DNA from: Thermoplasmata archaeon
GTDB lineage: Archaea; Thermoplasmatota; Thermoplasmata; Lutacidiplasmatales; UBA184
Length of the DNA stretch: 64,000 nt
NCBI GenBank assembly: GCA_021798415.1
Contig: JAJZGO010000001.1
Location: 11,982 to 75,981, forward strand
Reading direction: 5' to 3'
Shown here: one piece after another, positions 44,514 to 54,486 of the stretch
Layout of the letters: every line of letters begins with the position of its first letter
How positions within the stretch are numbered: the first letter of the stretch is position 1
Notes under the pieces: model-generated
Told to the model about the DNA's origin: nothing
Seen by the model: only the letters and a program-made list of their open reading frames with translations
Database searches by the model: none
Made by a program: the position numbers and the translations under genes

Positions 44514-45782
44514 GTGCACATGGCAGGCACCGAATCGCAGATCAATCCGTTTGAGACAGCGAAGCAACAGGTGGACATCGTCGCGGACCTGATCGGCCTC
44601 GACGGCGGCCTGCGCGACGTCCTGAAGCACCCGAAGCGGGAGCTCACGGTCAACTTCCCGGTCCGGATGGACGACGGCACCTATCGCGTGTACACCGGTC
44701 ACCGGGTCCAGTACAACATGGCCCGCGGACCGTGCAAGGGCGGCATCCGCTACCACCCGCAGGTCACGCTCGACGAGGTCCGGGCCCTCGCGGCCTGGAT
44801 GACGTGGAAGTGCGCCGTCGTCAACATCCCGTACGGCGGGGCGAAGGGCGGCGTCATCTGCGACCCGAAGCACATGTCGAAGGGCGAGCTCGAGCGAATG
44901 ACCCGCCGCTACGCGAGCGAGATCAGCGCGTTCATCGGGCCCGAGATGGACATCCCCGCGCCCGACGTCTACACCGACAGCCAGACGATGGCGTGGATCA
45001 TGGACACGTACTCGATGCAGAAGGGCTACAGCGTACCGGGCGTCGTCACCGGCAAGCCGATCAGCCTCGGCGGGAGCGAAGGCCGCGGCGAAGCGACGGG
45101 GCGCGGGTGCGCGTACGTGATCCGCGAGGCGTCGAAGCACGCGGGCGTCCACGTCAAGAACGGCACCGTCGCCGTCCAGGGGTTCGGCAACGCGGGCAGC
45201 GTCGCCGCGAACATCCTCTACGACGAACAGGGCGCGAAGATCGTCGCGATCTCCGACTCGAAGGGCGGGATCTACCGCGCGGACGGGATGAACCCGCACG
45301 CCGTCGAGGCGCACAAGGCGAAGACCGGCTCGGTGGTCGGCTTCCCCGGCGCGAAGGCGATATCGAACGAGGAGATCCTCGAGACGAAGGCGGACATCCT
45401 CATCCCGGCGGCGCTCGAGAACCAGATCACCGCGAAGAACGCGGGCAAGATCCAGGCGAAGATCGTCGCCGAGGCCGCGAACGGCCCGACGCTCCCCGCC
45501 GCGGACACCGTCCTCTACGAGAAGAAGATCACCGTGCTTCCCGACATCCTCGCGAACGCAGGGGGCGTCACGGTGAGCTACTTCGAGTGGGCGCAGGACA
45601 TCCAGGGGTTCTACTGGACGCTCGACGAGGTCAACCAGCGCCTCGAGCGGGTCATGGTCCGGTCGTACGACGCGGTCCACAAGGTCGCGACGGAGCGCCA
45701 CGTCCACAACCGCACCGCCGCCTACGTCCTCGCGATCCAGCGCGTGGTCGACGCGGTGAAGCTGCGCGGGATCTACCCGTAG
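44514..45782 (+). CDS. gdhA: glutamate dehydrogenase
   Basis: RVQYNMARGPCKGGIRYHP, KCAVVNIPYGGAKGG, and VAVQGFGNAGS. ATG 44520 is the alternative start. Confidence 0.95.
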   Translation: MHMAGTESQINPFETAKQQVDIVADLIGLDGGLRDVLKHPKRELTVNFPVRMDDGTYRVYTGHRVQYNMARGPCKGGIRYHPQVTLDEVRALAAWMTWKCAVVNIPYGGAKGGVICDPKHMSKGELERMTRRYASEISAFIGPEMDIPAPDVYTDSQTMAWIMDTYSMQKGYSVPGVVTGKPISLGGSEGRGEATGRGCAYVIREASKHAGVHVKNGTVAVQGFGNAGSVAANILYDEQGAKIVAISDSKGGIYRADGMNPHAVEAHKAKTGSVVGFPGAKAISNEEILETKADILIPAALENQITAKNAGKIQAKIVAEAANGPTLPAADTVLYEKKITVLPDILANAGGVTVSYFEWAQDIQGFYWTLDEVNQRLERVMVRSYDAVHKVATERHVHNRTAAYVLAIQRVVDAVKLRGIYP

Positions 45783-45807
45783 GGCGGTCCCGGACGCGTC
45801 GGTCGAA

Positions 45808-46440
45808 ATGGTCGACCTCCCGCGCTGCCGTCAAGCGACGTGGGGGGACGCGGACCGGTGGGCCGGGCGGATCGCCGAGCGGGTCCGCGCGGCCGACGCG
45901 ATCCCCCAGACGATCGTCGCGCTCACCCGCGGCGGTTGGGTCCCGGCGCGCCTCCTCTGCGACCTCCTCGGGGTCCACCGGCTCGTCTCGCTGCGCGCGC
46001 AGCACTGGGGCGTCACCGCGACCCCGAGCGGGAAGGCCGAGCTGACCGAGGGACTGAGCGGGTCGGTCGCCGACCAGCGGGTCCTCGTCGTCGACGACAT
46101 CACGGACACCGGCGAGAGCCTCTCGCTCGCGGTCGAGCACGTGCGGGCCGGCCACCCGAGCCGCGTCGAGAGCGCGGCGTTCCTGCACATCGCCCACTCG
46201 ACGTTCGTCCCGACCTACTACGCCGAGGAGATCCCGCGGACCGCGTGGGTCTGGGTCGTCTTCCCGTGGAACTACTGGGAGGACCTTTCGACGCTCGCGG
46301 CGCGCGCCGCCGCGATCACGCCCGGCATCGACGCCGTGCGCGCGACGCTGCGCGAGCGCTCGGGACTCGACGTCCCGCGGGCCGACCTCGAGCGGGTCGC
46401 TGCCCACACCCCTCTCGACCGCCCGAAGGGTCCCGCGTAA
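45808..46440 (+). CDS. purine phosphoribosyltransferase (archaeal Hpt/Gpt-like)
   Basis: VLVVDDITDTGESL PRPP-binding loop; WVWVVFPWNYWEDL C-terminal block. Confidence 0.75.
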   Translation: MVDLPRCRQATWGDADRWAGRIAERVRAADAIPQTIVALTRGGWVPARLLCDLLGVHRLVSLRAQHWGVTATPSGKAELTEGLSGSVADQRVLVVDDITDTGESLSLAVEHVRAGHPSRVESAAFLHIAHSTFVPTYYAEEIPRTAWVWVVFPWNYWEDLSTLAARAAAITPGIDAVRATLRERSGLDVPRADLERVAAHTPLDRPKGPA

Positions 46441-46483
46441 GCCCCGCGGCCCCCGTCCCGGGGCCGGCCGCCTCGCCCGCCTC

Positions 46484-47575
46484 CTAGCTCGAACCGGTCG
46501 CGTCGCCCACCGCGGGAGGCCGCGACGCCGACCGGAAGTGCTGCTGGAGCACCCCCGCGCCGATCACGAGGCCGAACCCCGCGACGATCAACCCGACGAT
46601 GAGCGGCAGCTGCGAGGGGCGGCTGATCCCTTCGAGGTACCGGACGAGGTAGACGATCCCGAAGCTCACGCACCCGATCCCGACGATCGAGGTCGTGGCG
46701 ACCAGGAACGAGCGGGGGAAGCGCCCGCGGGAGAACATCCGTCGGATCGCCCGACCGCTTTCCCAGACGAGGGCGCCGAGGACCCACCAGATGAGCCCCG
46801 AGTCGAGGAAGAGGAGGATCCGGTCGAGCGGCGGCGCCGTGCTCGCGTAATAGGCGTTGTACCCCGAGAGGAACCCGACGCCGACCAGCGCGATCGCGAA
46901 GAGGCCGAAGCCGAACGCGACCGACCCCTGGCGGACGTCGGTCGAGGCGCTGCGCACCGAATCGATGATCGCCTCGTCGATGTCGAACGTCCAGAAGATG
47001 AGGTAGACCCCGAGGACGACCGCGAGGCCGATCACGCCCCAGAGGAGCACCCCGCCCGCGGCCGCGAGGCCGAGGATCAAGAGAACGAGGGCGAACGGGA
47101 GGACGGTCTTCGCGCGAAGCTTCGGGTCCTTGAGGGCGCGCACGAGCGTGTAGTACGTCGACTCGATGCTCGCGTTCTGCCGCACGAAGACCCGGCGGAC
47201 GCCGTCGACGCGGACGCGCGACGCGAGGATCGGGAAGAGGAACTCGTCCTCCGCCCCGTCGCTGACGAGGTAGCTCGACGTCGCGCGGACGCGGTCGAGC
47301 ACGTGGTCGAACTGGTCGGCGACGCGGCGGTCGGAGAGGACCCCGACCTTCGGCGAGCCGGTGAGGATGCAGACTTCGCACTCCTCGCCCGCACCCCGGA
47401 GCTCGTCGAGCAGGCTCACCGCCGCGAAGATCGCGTTCGTGTCCGAGTCCTCCGGGTCGACCGTCCCGAGGCGGACCGCGGCGTCGAGGACGTCCGCGCG
47501 GCCGACGACCGGTCCGACCACGCCGGCCTTGCGGCCCAGGTCGTCGTCCCGGTCGATGCACACGACGAGTCGCAT
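46484..47575 (-). CDS. DUF373-family archaeal membrane protein
   Basis: MRLVVCIDRDDDLGRKAGVVGPVVGR...VDPEDSDTNAIFAAV soluble N-domain followed by about 6 TM helices. Confidence 0.75.
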   Translation of the reverse strand: MRLVVCIDRDDDLGRKAGVVGPVVGRADVLDAAVRLGTVDPEDSDTNAIFAAVSLLDELRGAGEECEVCILTGSPKVGVLSDRRVADQFDHVLDRVRATSSYLVSDGAEDEFLFPILASRVRVDGVRRVFVRQNASIESTYYTLVRALKDPKLRAKTVLPFALVLLILGLAAAGGVLLWGVIGLAVVLGVYLIFWTFDIDEAIIDSVRSASTDVRQGSVAFGFGLFAIALVGVGFLSGYNAYYASTAPPLDRILLFLDSGLIWWVLGALVWESGRAIRRMFSRGRFPRSFLVATTSIVGIGCVSFGIVYLVRYLEGISRPSQLPLIVGLIVAGFGLVIGAGVLQQHFRSASRPPAVGDATGSS

Positions 47576-47710
47576 GGCCCCTTCAATATGGTGGGCTCAG
47601 GGCTTAACAACTTGCGTGCACTCCGACCGACGCGCCGAGGGTCCCGGAGGGGCTCCGGGGGCCGGGTCCGACCGGTCCCGCCGGCGGGGCGAGCTCCGGC
47701 CACGGACGCC

Positions 47711-47724
47711 TATACGCTTATACT
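47711..47724 (+). promoter_or_regulatory. candidate TATA element upstream of proS
   Basis: TATACGCTTATACT lies 27-40 nt upstream of ATG 47751. Confidence 0.35.
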
Positions 47725-47750
47725 CCCCGGCCTCCCCTTCCGACGCTCTC

Positions 47751-49178
47751 ATGGCCGACCTGCCCGACAAGGGGACGGCGTTCATCGACTGGTACCTCGC
47801 CGTCGTCGAGGAGGCCGGGCTCACCGACAAGCGCTACGGCGTCAAGGGGATGAACATCTGGACCCCGTACGGGTTCCTCGCGCGCCGCCACCTCGACGCC
47901 GTCCTCGTCCGGGAGATCGAGGCGACCGGCTCGCAGCCGGTCGAGTTCCCCACGCTGATCCCCGAGACCGAGTTCGCGAAGGAGAAGGAGCACATCAAGG
48001 GGTTCGACGAGCAGGTCTTCTGGGTCACGAAGGGCGGGAGCTCGACGCTCGACGTCCCGCTCGTCCTCCGGCCCACGAGCGAGACCGCGATCTACCCCGT
48101 CTTCGCGCTCTGGGTCCGGTCCCACCGGGACCTCCCGCTCAACCTCTACCAGATCGTGAACGTCTTCCGCTACGAGACGAAGACGACGCGGCCGTTCCTG
48201 CGGGTCCGGGAGATCCACTTCTTCGAGGAGCACACGTGCCAGGTCGACGAAGCCCACGCGACCGAGCGGCTGCGCTCGAACCTCGGCGCCTTTCGCCAGA
48301 TGGCGGCGGCGCTCGCGCTCCCCTACGTCGCCGTGCGTCGCCCGGACTGGGACAAGTTCCCCGGGGCGCACTCCTCCGTCGCTTTCGACATCCCGGTCGG
48401 AGGCGGCCGCACGCTCCAGATCGGCAGCATCCACCACTACCGGGACAACTTCGCCGGACCGTACGGTATCCGGTACGAGGCGGCCGACGGGAGCCAGAAG
48501 CTCGTCCACCAGACGACGTTCGGGCTATCGGAGCGGCTCCTCGGGGCGGTCGTCGCCGTCCACGGGGACGCCAAGGGGGCGGTCTTCCCGACCTCGATCG
48601 CTCCGTACGAGGTCGTGATCGTGCCGATCCCCTCGGCGGAGGCGGGGGACGCGCCCCTCGCCGCGGCCCGCGAGCTCGCCGAGCGGCTGCGCCGCGCGGG
48701 CCGCCGGGTCCGCCTCGATGACGGTGACGAGCGACCCGGGGCGAAGTACTACCGCTGGGAGCTGCGCGGCGCGCCGTTGAGGCTCGAGGTCGGCCGCCGG
48801 GAGGCCGAAGGAAGGGTCGCGACCGCTGTCGACCGCCTCGGCCACCGCGACCGCATCCCGTTCGACGCGCTCGAGAACGACGTCGCCCGTCGGCTCGCCG
48901 AGTTCGACCGGAGCCTCGCCGCACGCGCCCGCGCCGCCTTCGAGGAGGCGTTCGTGCTCGTCGCCCGGCTCTCGGAGCTCGCCGGATCGACCCGGGTCGG
49001 TGTCCTCTCCTGGTGCGGGAGCGAGGAGTGCGGCCACAAGGTCGAGGCCGCGGTCGAGGGCGCGCTCCTCGGGACGCCCGAGGAGGGCCTCCCGATCCCG
49101 GTCGGCGAGCCCGGCCCGTGCGTCGGATGCGGGTCGACGGCGGGGGTCCGCTGGGCCCTCGCCGGGCGGCCGCTCTAG
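47751..49178 (+). CDS. proS: proline--tRNA ligase (archaeal/eukaryotic type)
   Basis: FIDWYLAVVEEAGLTDKRYGVKGMNIWTPYG..., LRPTSETAIYP, VNVFRYETKTTRPFLRVREIHFFEEH, and a C-terminal Cys-rich zinc domain. Confidence 0.95.
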   Translation: MADLPDKGTAFIDWYLAVVEEAGLTDKRYGVKGMNIWTPYGFLARRHLDAVLVREIEATGSQPVEFPTLIPETEFAKEKEHIKGFDEQVFWVTKGGSSTLDVPLVLRPTSETAIYPVFALWVRSHRDLPLNLYQIVNVFRYETKTTRPFLRVREIHFFEEHTCQVDEAHATERLRSNLGAFRQMAAALALPYVAVRRPDWDKFPGAHSSVAFDIPVGGGRTLQIGSIHHYRDNFAGPYGIRYEAADGSQKLVHQTTFGLSERLLGAVVAVHGDAKGAVFPTSIAPYEVVIVPIPSAEAGDAPLAAARELAERLRRAGRRVRLDDGDERPGAKYYRWELRGAPLRLEVGRREAEGRVATAVDRLGHRDRIPFDALENDVARRLAEFDRSLAARARAAFEEAFVLVARLSELAGSTRVGVLSWCGSEECGHKVEAAVEGALLGTPEEGLPIPVGEPGPCVGCGSTAGVRWALAGRPL

Positions 49179-49182
49179 CGCC

Positions 49183-49440
49183 TCAGCGGGACGGTGCCTG
49201 CGGCGCCGGAGGGTTCGGCAGGACGAGCCACATGCCGGCGAGGCCGAAGAGGAGCATGGTGATGACGACGGCGTAAACGCCGTTGTCGATCCAGACCCCG
49301 AAGGAGACGCCCCACCAAACGTAGAACCCCGCCGCGAGGACCACGAGGCCGGCGAACCCCCAGAACGTCGCCTTGCGCGCGGTCGACATTTCGAGCGGAC
49401 GGCGGGCGGCCGACGGGACGGCGGCGGGAGCTTCGGCCAT
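49183..49440 (-). CDS. small putative membrane protein (2 TM)
   Basis: FWGFAGLVVLAAGFYVWWGV and VYAVVITMLLFGLAGMWLVL helices. ATG start. Confidence 0.45.
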   Translation of the reverse strand: MAEAPAAVPSAARRPLEMSTARKATFWGFAGLVVLAAGFYVWWGVSFGVWIDNGVYAVVITMLLFGLAGMWLVLPNPPAPQAPSR

Positions 49441-49590
49441 GCGCGCCGCCGACTCGGGGGCCGTTAGATAACCCTTGCGGAACCGACGGACCGGCGCGCG
49501 GTCGACCGGCCGCGGACGCCCGGACGGTGGACCGGCGCCGGACGTGCGGGTCGGTAGGGATTTAACCTCCGCCGGCGACTAGACGGTCCC

Positions 49591-51192
49591 GTGGTCGCGC
49601 ACCGGCCCGAGACCGCGCACGCCGGCGGGCCGGAGCCGGCCTCCGCCCTCGACGGGATCAACCCGGAGCAGCACCGGATCCTCGCGTACGCGAGCGCGAT
49701 CGGCCCCGAGTTCGACTTCACCCTCCTCGCGACCGCGATGGGGATCGACGAGGAAGTTCTCTCCGAAGAGGTCGAGCGCCTCGTCCACCTCGGCCTCTTG
49801 CGCGAGCGCCCCGGCGGCGAGCGGTTCGCCTTCGTCGAGGAGGCCGCGCGGGCGCGCATCTACCGCTCCCTCACCGAGAGCCGGCTGCGCGTCCTCCACC
49901 GAAAGATCGCGGAGGTCCTCGAGCGGACGCACCCGGACCCGCCTCCCGAGGTCCTCGCCGAGCTCGGCCGACACTACTTCCTCGGGAAGGTACCGTCGAA
50001 GTCGTACGAGTACAACCGCCGAGCGGCCGAACTCGCCCGCTCCCAGGACGCCCCGGACGTGGCCGCCCACCACCTCCAGCGCGCCCTCCTCGACCTGGTC
50101 GCGCTCGGCGGCGACCGGCGCCGCGAGCGGGCCGAGCTCGCGGAGGCGCTCGGCGACCTCGCCTACTCGACCGGCGACTTCTCAGCCGCGGACCGGTCGT
50201 ACCGCGAAGCGCTCGAGCTTCTCGGGAACGACGAGCCACCGCTGCGCGCCCGCCTTCTGCTGGCCCGCGCCGAGATCGCCCGCGAGGGCCTCAACGTCGA
50301 CCGCGCGGTCGAAGGCGCGCTGGCGGCCCAAGAGCTGTTCGAGGAGGCGGGCGACCGAATCGGGGTCGCCCAGACGTTCCGCCTGTTGGGCCGCCTCGAG
50401 TTCCAGCGCGGCGCCTACCGCGAGGCGCTCGAGGAGAGCATGCGGGCCCTCGACCAACTCGCGCCGGGCGAAGCCCCGAGGTTCCTCGGCCGCCTCTCGA
50501 TCGACATCGGCAACTCGTTCGCCCTCCTCGGCCAAGAGGTCCGCCCGGTCGCGATCGAATGGTACGAGCGGGCGGTCGCGCGGCTCCGGGAGGCCGGCGA
50601 CTGGACCGAGCTCGCCCGGGCGTACCACAACCTCGGGGTCGCGGTCGGGGAGACGCACCCGCAGGACGGGCTCGACTACCTCGAACGAGCCCGAGAGGCG
50701 GCCGAACGCGCGCACGACCCCCGGTCGACGGGCCGCGCGCTCCTCTCGGGCGTCGAGATGCGCCTCGCGCTCGGCGACCTCGAGGAGGCGTCGCGGGACA
50801 ACGAGCAGGCCGGTCGGCTTCTCGCGCGCCTCGGCGACGACCTCGGCAACGAGCAGGTCGCGGTCAACCGCGGCCGGATGGCCGAAAAGCGGGGACAGTG
50901 GGACGAAGCCGAGCAGGCCTACGCCCACGCCGCCGACATGTGCCGTCGGCTGAAGCTTCCCGCGGACCAGGCCGAGGTCGAGTTCTACCTCGCCCGACTC
51001 CGACATAAGACGCGGGACCGCGAGGGCGCCCGCCGAGCCTACCGCGCGGCCGCCGAGCTCGGGCTCCCGACGGTGCGCCCCCACCTCGCCTCGGCGTTCG
51101 AGGACCTCGGCCGCCAGCTTGACGAGCCCTCCTCCTCCCAGGATCCTCCCGAATCCGCGGCGGACCGGCCCCCCCGGCGCGGGGACGACTAG
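49591..51192 (+). CDS. TPR-repeat protein with N-terminal winged-helix-like module; paralog of the downstream ATPase but lacking a P-loop
   Basis: ILAYASAIGPEFDFTLLATAMGIDEEVLSEEVERLVHLGLL...LTESRLRVLHRKIAEVLE mirrors 52.2-52.4 kb of the next gene. It is followed by TPR-like repeats. GTG start. Confidence 0.75.
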   Translation: MVAHRPETAHAGGPEPASALDGINPEQHRILAYASAIGPEFDFTLLATAMGIDEEVLSEEVERLVHLGLLRERPGGERFAFVEEAARARIYRSLTESRLRVLHRKIAEVLERTHPDPPPEVLAELGRHYFLGKVPSKSYEYNRRAAELARSQDAPDVAAHHLQRALLDLVALGGDRRRERAELAEALGDLAYSTGDFSAADRSYREALELLGNDEPPLRARLLLARAEIAREGLNVDRAVEGALAAQELFEEAGDRIGVAQTFRLLGRLEFQRGAYREALEESMRALDQLAPGEAPRFLGRLSIDIGNSFALLGQEVRPVAIEWYERAVARLREAGDWTELARAYHNLGVAVGETHPQDGLDYLERAREAAERAHDPRSTGRALLSGVEMRLALGDLEEASRDNEQAGRLLARLGDDLGNEQVAVNRGRMAEKRGQWDEAEQAYAHAADMCRRLKLPADQAEVEFYLARLRHKTRDREGARRAYRAAAELGLPTVRPHLASAFEDLGRQLDEPSSSQDPPESAADRPPRRGDD

Positions 51193-51214
51193 GGCGCTCC
51201 GGGGGAAGAGGTTC

Positions 51215-53629
51215 ATGACCCGGGGGCCCACGTCGACCCGCTCGGCCGCCCCGCCCCTTTTCGGCCGCGACGAGGCGCTGAGCGAGGTAGACGAGCTGCT
51301 CGCCCGGGCGGCCGGGGGCGCGGGGGGCGGGCTGCTCCTCGTCGGAGCCGACGGGATCGGCAAGAGCCACCTCCTCCGGGCAACGGCCGAGCGGGCCCGC
51401 GCCCGGGGGTTCCGGGTCCGGACGGGACGCGCCCTCCCCGAGGAGCTCCCGACGCCGTTCTCCCTCGTCCGGGACCTCCTTGACGCCCCTCCCGACGACG
51501 ACCGTCGGACGGGCGCGTCGCCCGGGAACGGCGACTCGATCGCCGCGCTGCTCGCGCCGCTAGCGGTGCCGGTCGCGGTACCCGAACGGGGCCGAACGGA
51601 CCCCGGCTCGTCGGACGAGCTCGAACGTCTGCTCGCTCCCCTCGGGAACACCGTGGTCGAAGGGCTCGGTGCGAGCCGCGAGGAGCTTCTCGGCCGGCTC
51701 GAGGACCGCTTCCGCGACCTGGCCCGGCGCGGACCGCTCCTGCTCGCCGTCGACGACCTCGACCTCGCCGACGCGTCGTCCCTCGAGTTCCTGAAGCGCC
51801 TCGCGACCGCCCTCCCCGAGACCTCCCTCGCCCTGATCGCCACGCTCGGCCCGCGGCCCCGGGTCCCGTCGGGGACGGCCACGGCGGTCGAAGCCCTCGT
51901 TGGGACCGCTTCGCTCCGCTCGGTCACGCTAGGCCCGCTATCGGTCGTCGAGGTCACGGAGCTCGTCCGGTCGATCCTGGGAGGCGCCGACCCGGACCCG
52001 CAGGAGGTGTTGCGCTGGCACGCCGAGACCGAGGGGAATCCCCTCTTCGTCGAGCAGGTCGTGCGCGCCGCGACCGGCTACGGACCGTCCGCCGCGTCGG
52101 ACCCCGCGACCGGGCCGCAGACGCTCACCGAGGTGCTCGTCGGGCGGGTCCGGGCGCTCGGGGAGACGGAGCGACGCCTGCTCACCTACGCGGCCGTCCT
52201 CGGCCGGGAGTTTCGCTTCGCGACCCTCGCTGCCGTGTCGGGTATGGGCGAGGAGAAGGTGACGGAGCACCTCGACCGTCTCGTCCAGAGCGGCCTCGTG
52301 CGCGAGAAGGAGGACGAGGTCTACGAGTTCCTTTCCGAGGCCGTCCGCTCGGAGGTCTACACCTCCCTCACCGAGACCCGTCGCCGCATCCTCCACCAGA
52401 AGATCGGCCGGGCGCTCGCCGCCACGCCGGGGACGAGCGACGCCGAGCTCGCCCGGCAGTTCTACCTCGGGCGGGACGACGCCCGGGCGGTCGAGTACAA
52501 CCTGCGCGCCGCCCAGAGCGCGACGCGCGCGTTCGCGTTCGAGACGGCCGCGGCGCACCTCGCCCGGGCGCTCGAGGCCCAGCGTCGCCACCACCCCCCC
52601 GACCGTCGCGCCGAGGTCCGGCTCTTGACGGAGCTCGGACGGCTCTGGGACGAGGTCGGCGACCTGCCGCGCTCGGAAGGGGTCCTCGGCGAGGCGCTCG
52701 ACCTTGCGCGGGGCGAATCGGGGCTCGACCTCGAGGTCGGCCGCGCGCTCCTCGGGCTCGCGCAGACACGGTGCGACAAGAGCGACTACGACGGCGCGGA
52801 GGCCCTCGTGACCGAGGCGTCCGCGCTCCTCGTCCAGGTCGGCACGCCGCGCGACCGCCTCGCCGCGCACCGCGTCGCCGGCGTCGTCTTCTGGCGGCGG
52901 GGCGACCTCGAGCGGGCGGAGCACCACCAGCGGGCCGCGCTCGAGATCGCCGAGGAGGAAGGGACCCCGCTCGAAAGGGGGCACGCGCTCGTCGACGTCG
53001 CGAACACGATGGTGCCCGCGGGCCGCGCGCGGTTCGAGCCGGCCCTCGCCCTCTACGCCCGCGCCGCCGAACTGTTCCGAACGGTCGGGGACCACGGCGC
53101 CCGGGCGAGGGTGCTGATGAACCGGGCCGTCCTCGAGTACGGTGCCGGACGGACCGAGGAGGCGTTCCGGGACCTCGCGACGGCGATCGACGCGGCCGAG
53201 CGCTCGCGCTCGCCGATCTGGATCGGGTACTGCCAGCTCAACTTCGCCCAGTGGCACGCGGAGCTCGGGCGGCCCGCCGTCGCACGGCCGGCGCTCGAGC
53301 GGGCCGCCCAAGTGCTCGCCCCGACCGGCGACCGGCTGAGCGAGCAGCAGGTCGCGATGACCCGCGGGATGATCGCGGAGGCCGAGGGCGCGCTCGACGT
53401 CGCGGAGGAGCGGTACGAGGAGGCGCTCGCCCTCGCCCGAGAGATGCGGATGGCCTCCGAACTCTGCGAGATGCTCTTTCGCATGGCGCAGCTCGCGCAC
53501 GAACGGGGCGACGACCCCGAGGCCCGCGCCCGCCTCGGCGAGGCCCGGGCGGCGGGGCTCGTCGACCACCGGCCCGACTTCGCCCCCCGGCTCGCCGCGC
53601 TCGAGAAAGCGCTCGAGCCCGTTCCGTGA
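51215..53629 (+). CDS. STAND/AAA_16-type ATPase - winged helix - TPR repeat protein
   Basis: FGRDEALSEVDELL...LLLVGADGIGKSHLL (Walker A), LLLAVDDLDLAD (Walker B), LLTYAAVLGREFRFATLAAV...LTETRRRILHQKIG, then a long TPR array. Confidence 0.85.
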   Translation: MTRGPTSTRSAAPPLFGRDEALSEVDELLARAAGGAGGGLLLVGADGIGKSHLLRATAERARARGFRVRTGRALPEELPTPFSLVRDLLDAPPDDDRRTGASPGNGDSIAALLAPLAVPVAVPERGRTDPGSSDELERLLAPLGNTVVEGLGASREELLGRLEDRFRDLARRGPLLLAVDDLDLADASSLEFLKRLATALPETSLALIATLGPRPRVPSGTATAVEALVGTASLRSVTLGPLSVVEVTELVRSILGGADPDPQEVLRWHAETEGNPLFVEQVVRAATGYGPSAASDPATGPQTLTEVLVGRVRALGETERRLLTYAAVLGREFRFATLAAVSGMGEEKVTEHLDRLVQSGLVREKEDEVYEFLSEAVRSEVYTSLTETRRRILHQKIGRALAATPGTSDAELARQFYLGRDDARAVEYNLRAAQSATRAFAFETAAAHLARALEAQRRHHPPDRRAEVRLLTELGRLWDEVGDLPRSEGVLGEALDLARGESGLDLEVGRALLGLAQTRCDKSDYDGAEALVTEASALLVQVGTPRDRLAAHRVAGVVFWRRGDLERAEHHQRAALEIAEEEGTPLERGHALVDVANTMVPAGRARFEPALALYARAAELFRTVGDHGARARVLMNRAVLEYGAGRTEEAFRDLATAIDAAERSRSPIWIGYCQLNFAQWHAELGRPAVARPALERAAQVLAPTGDRLSEQQVAMTRGMIAEAEGALDVAEERYEEALALAREMRMASELCEMLFRMAQLAHERGDDPEARARLGEARAAGLVDHRPDFAPRLAALEKALEPVP

Positions 53630-53655
53630 CCCCCACCGTTATGGCGGGAGGCTGA

Positions 53656-54462
53656 GTGGGCGGGGGGATGGCCGACGCGAGCCCGCCCGGGCGGACGGCA
53701 CCGGACGGCTCGCCCTACCCGGACCGCTCGGCCCCGACGTTCGAGCGGGACGTGCGTCGGATGTTCACGCACATCGCCGCCCGCTACGAGTGGTTCGACC
53801 ACGTCGCGTCGCTCGGGAACGACTACCTGTGGCGCCCGCGCGCGATCTGGGACCTCGACCGCTTCCGCGACGACCGTCCCGTCCGGCGGGTCCTCGACGT
53901 CGGCTGCGGGACGGGCGAGCTCGCCCGGCTCGTCGCGCGCCACTACGCCGGCGCCCGCGTCTTCGCGTCGGACTTCACGCGCGCGATGGTCGTGAAGGCC
54001 GAGGAATCCGCCCGGCGGCACGGCGAGCGACCGAGCCTCGACTTCGGTCGGGCGAATGCGCTCCGGCTCCCGTTCGCCGACGGGGCGTTCGACCTCGTGA
54101 CGAACGCGTTCGTCGCCCGGAACCTCTCGGACCTCGGCGGGGCGCTCGCCGAGATGCGCCGGGTGCTGCGTCCGGGGGGGGTCCTGCTCACCCTCGAGAT
54201 CACGGAACCGGTCTCGGCCTCGTTCGGGCGGGTCTTCCACGCCTACTTCGACCGGGTCGTGCCGTGGCTCGGCGCCGCGGTATCGAGCGCCGGGCCGTAC
54301 CGCTACCTGCCCGAGTCGCTCAAGACGCTCCCGTCGCGTTCCGCCTTCCTCGCGACGCTCGCGGCGAGCGGGTTCGGCCGCACGGCGGCGCTCCCGCAGT
54401 CCTTGGGGATCGTCACGACGTTCCTCGCGGCCGCGGGGCCGCCCGCCCCCCAAAGCCGTTAA
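53656..54462 (+). CDS. ubiE: demethylmenaquinone/ubiquinone methyltransferase (UbiE/MenG family)
   Basis: VRRMFTHIAARYEWFDHVASLGNDYLWR, VLDVGCGTGEL, FDLVTNAFVARNL, and GGVLLTLEI. ATG 53668 is the alternative start. Confidence 0.85.
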   Translation: MGGGMADASPPGRTAPDGSPYPDRSAPTFERDVRRMFTHIAARYEWFDHVASLGNDYLWRPRAIWDLDRFRDDRPVRRVLDVGCGTGELARLVARHYAGARVFASDFTRAMVVKAEESARRHGERPSLDFGRANALRLPFADGAFDLVTNAFVARNLSDLGGALAEMRRVLRPGGVLLTLEITEPVSASFGRVFHAYFDRVVPWLGAAVSSAGPYRYLPESLKTLPSRSAFLATLAASGFGRTAALPQSLGIVTTFLAAAGPPAPQSR

Positions 54463-54486
54463 ACCCGCCGTGCGCCGTCTCGGGCC

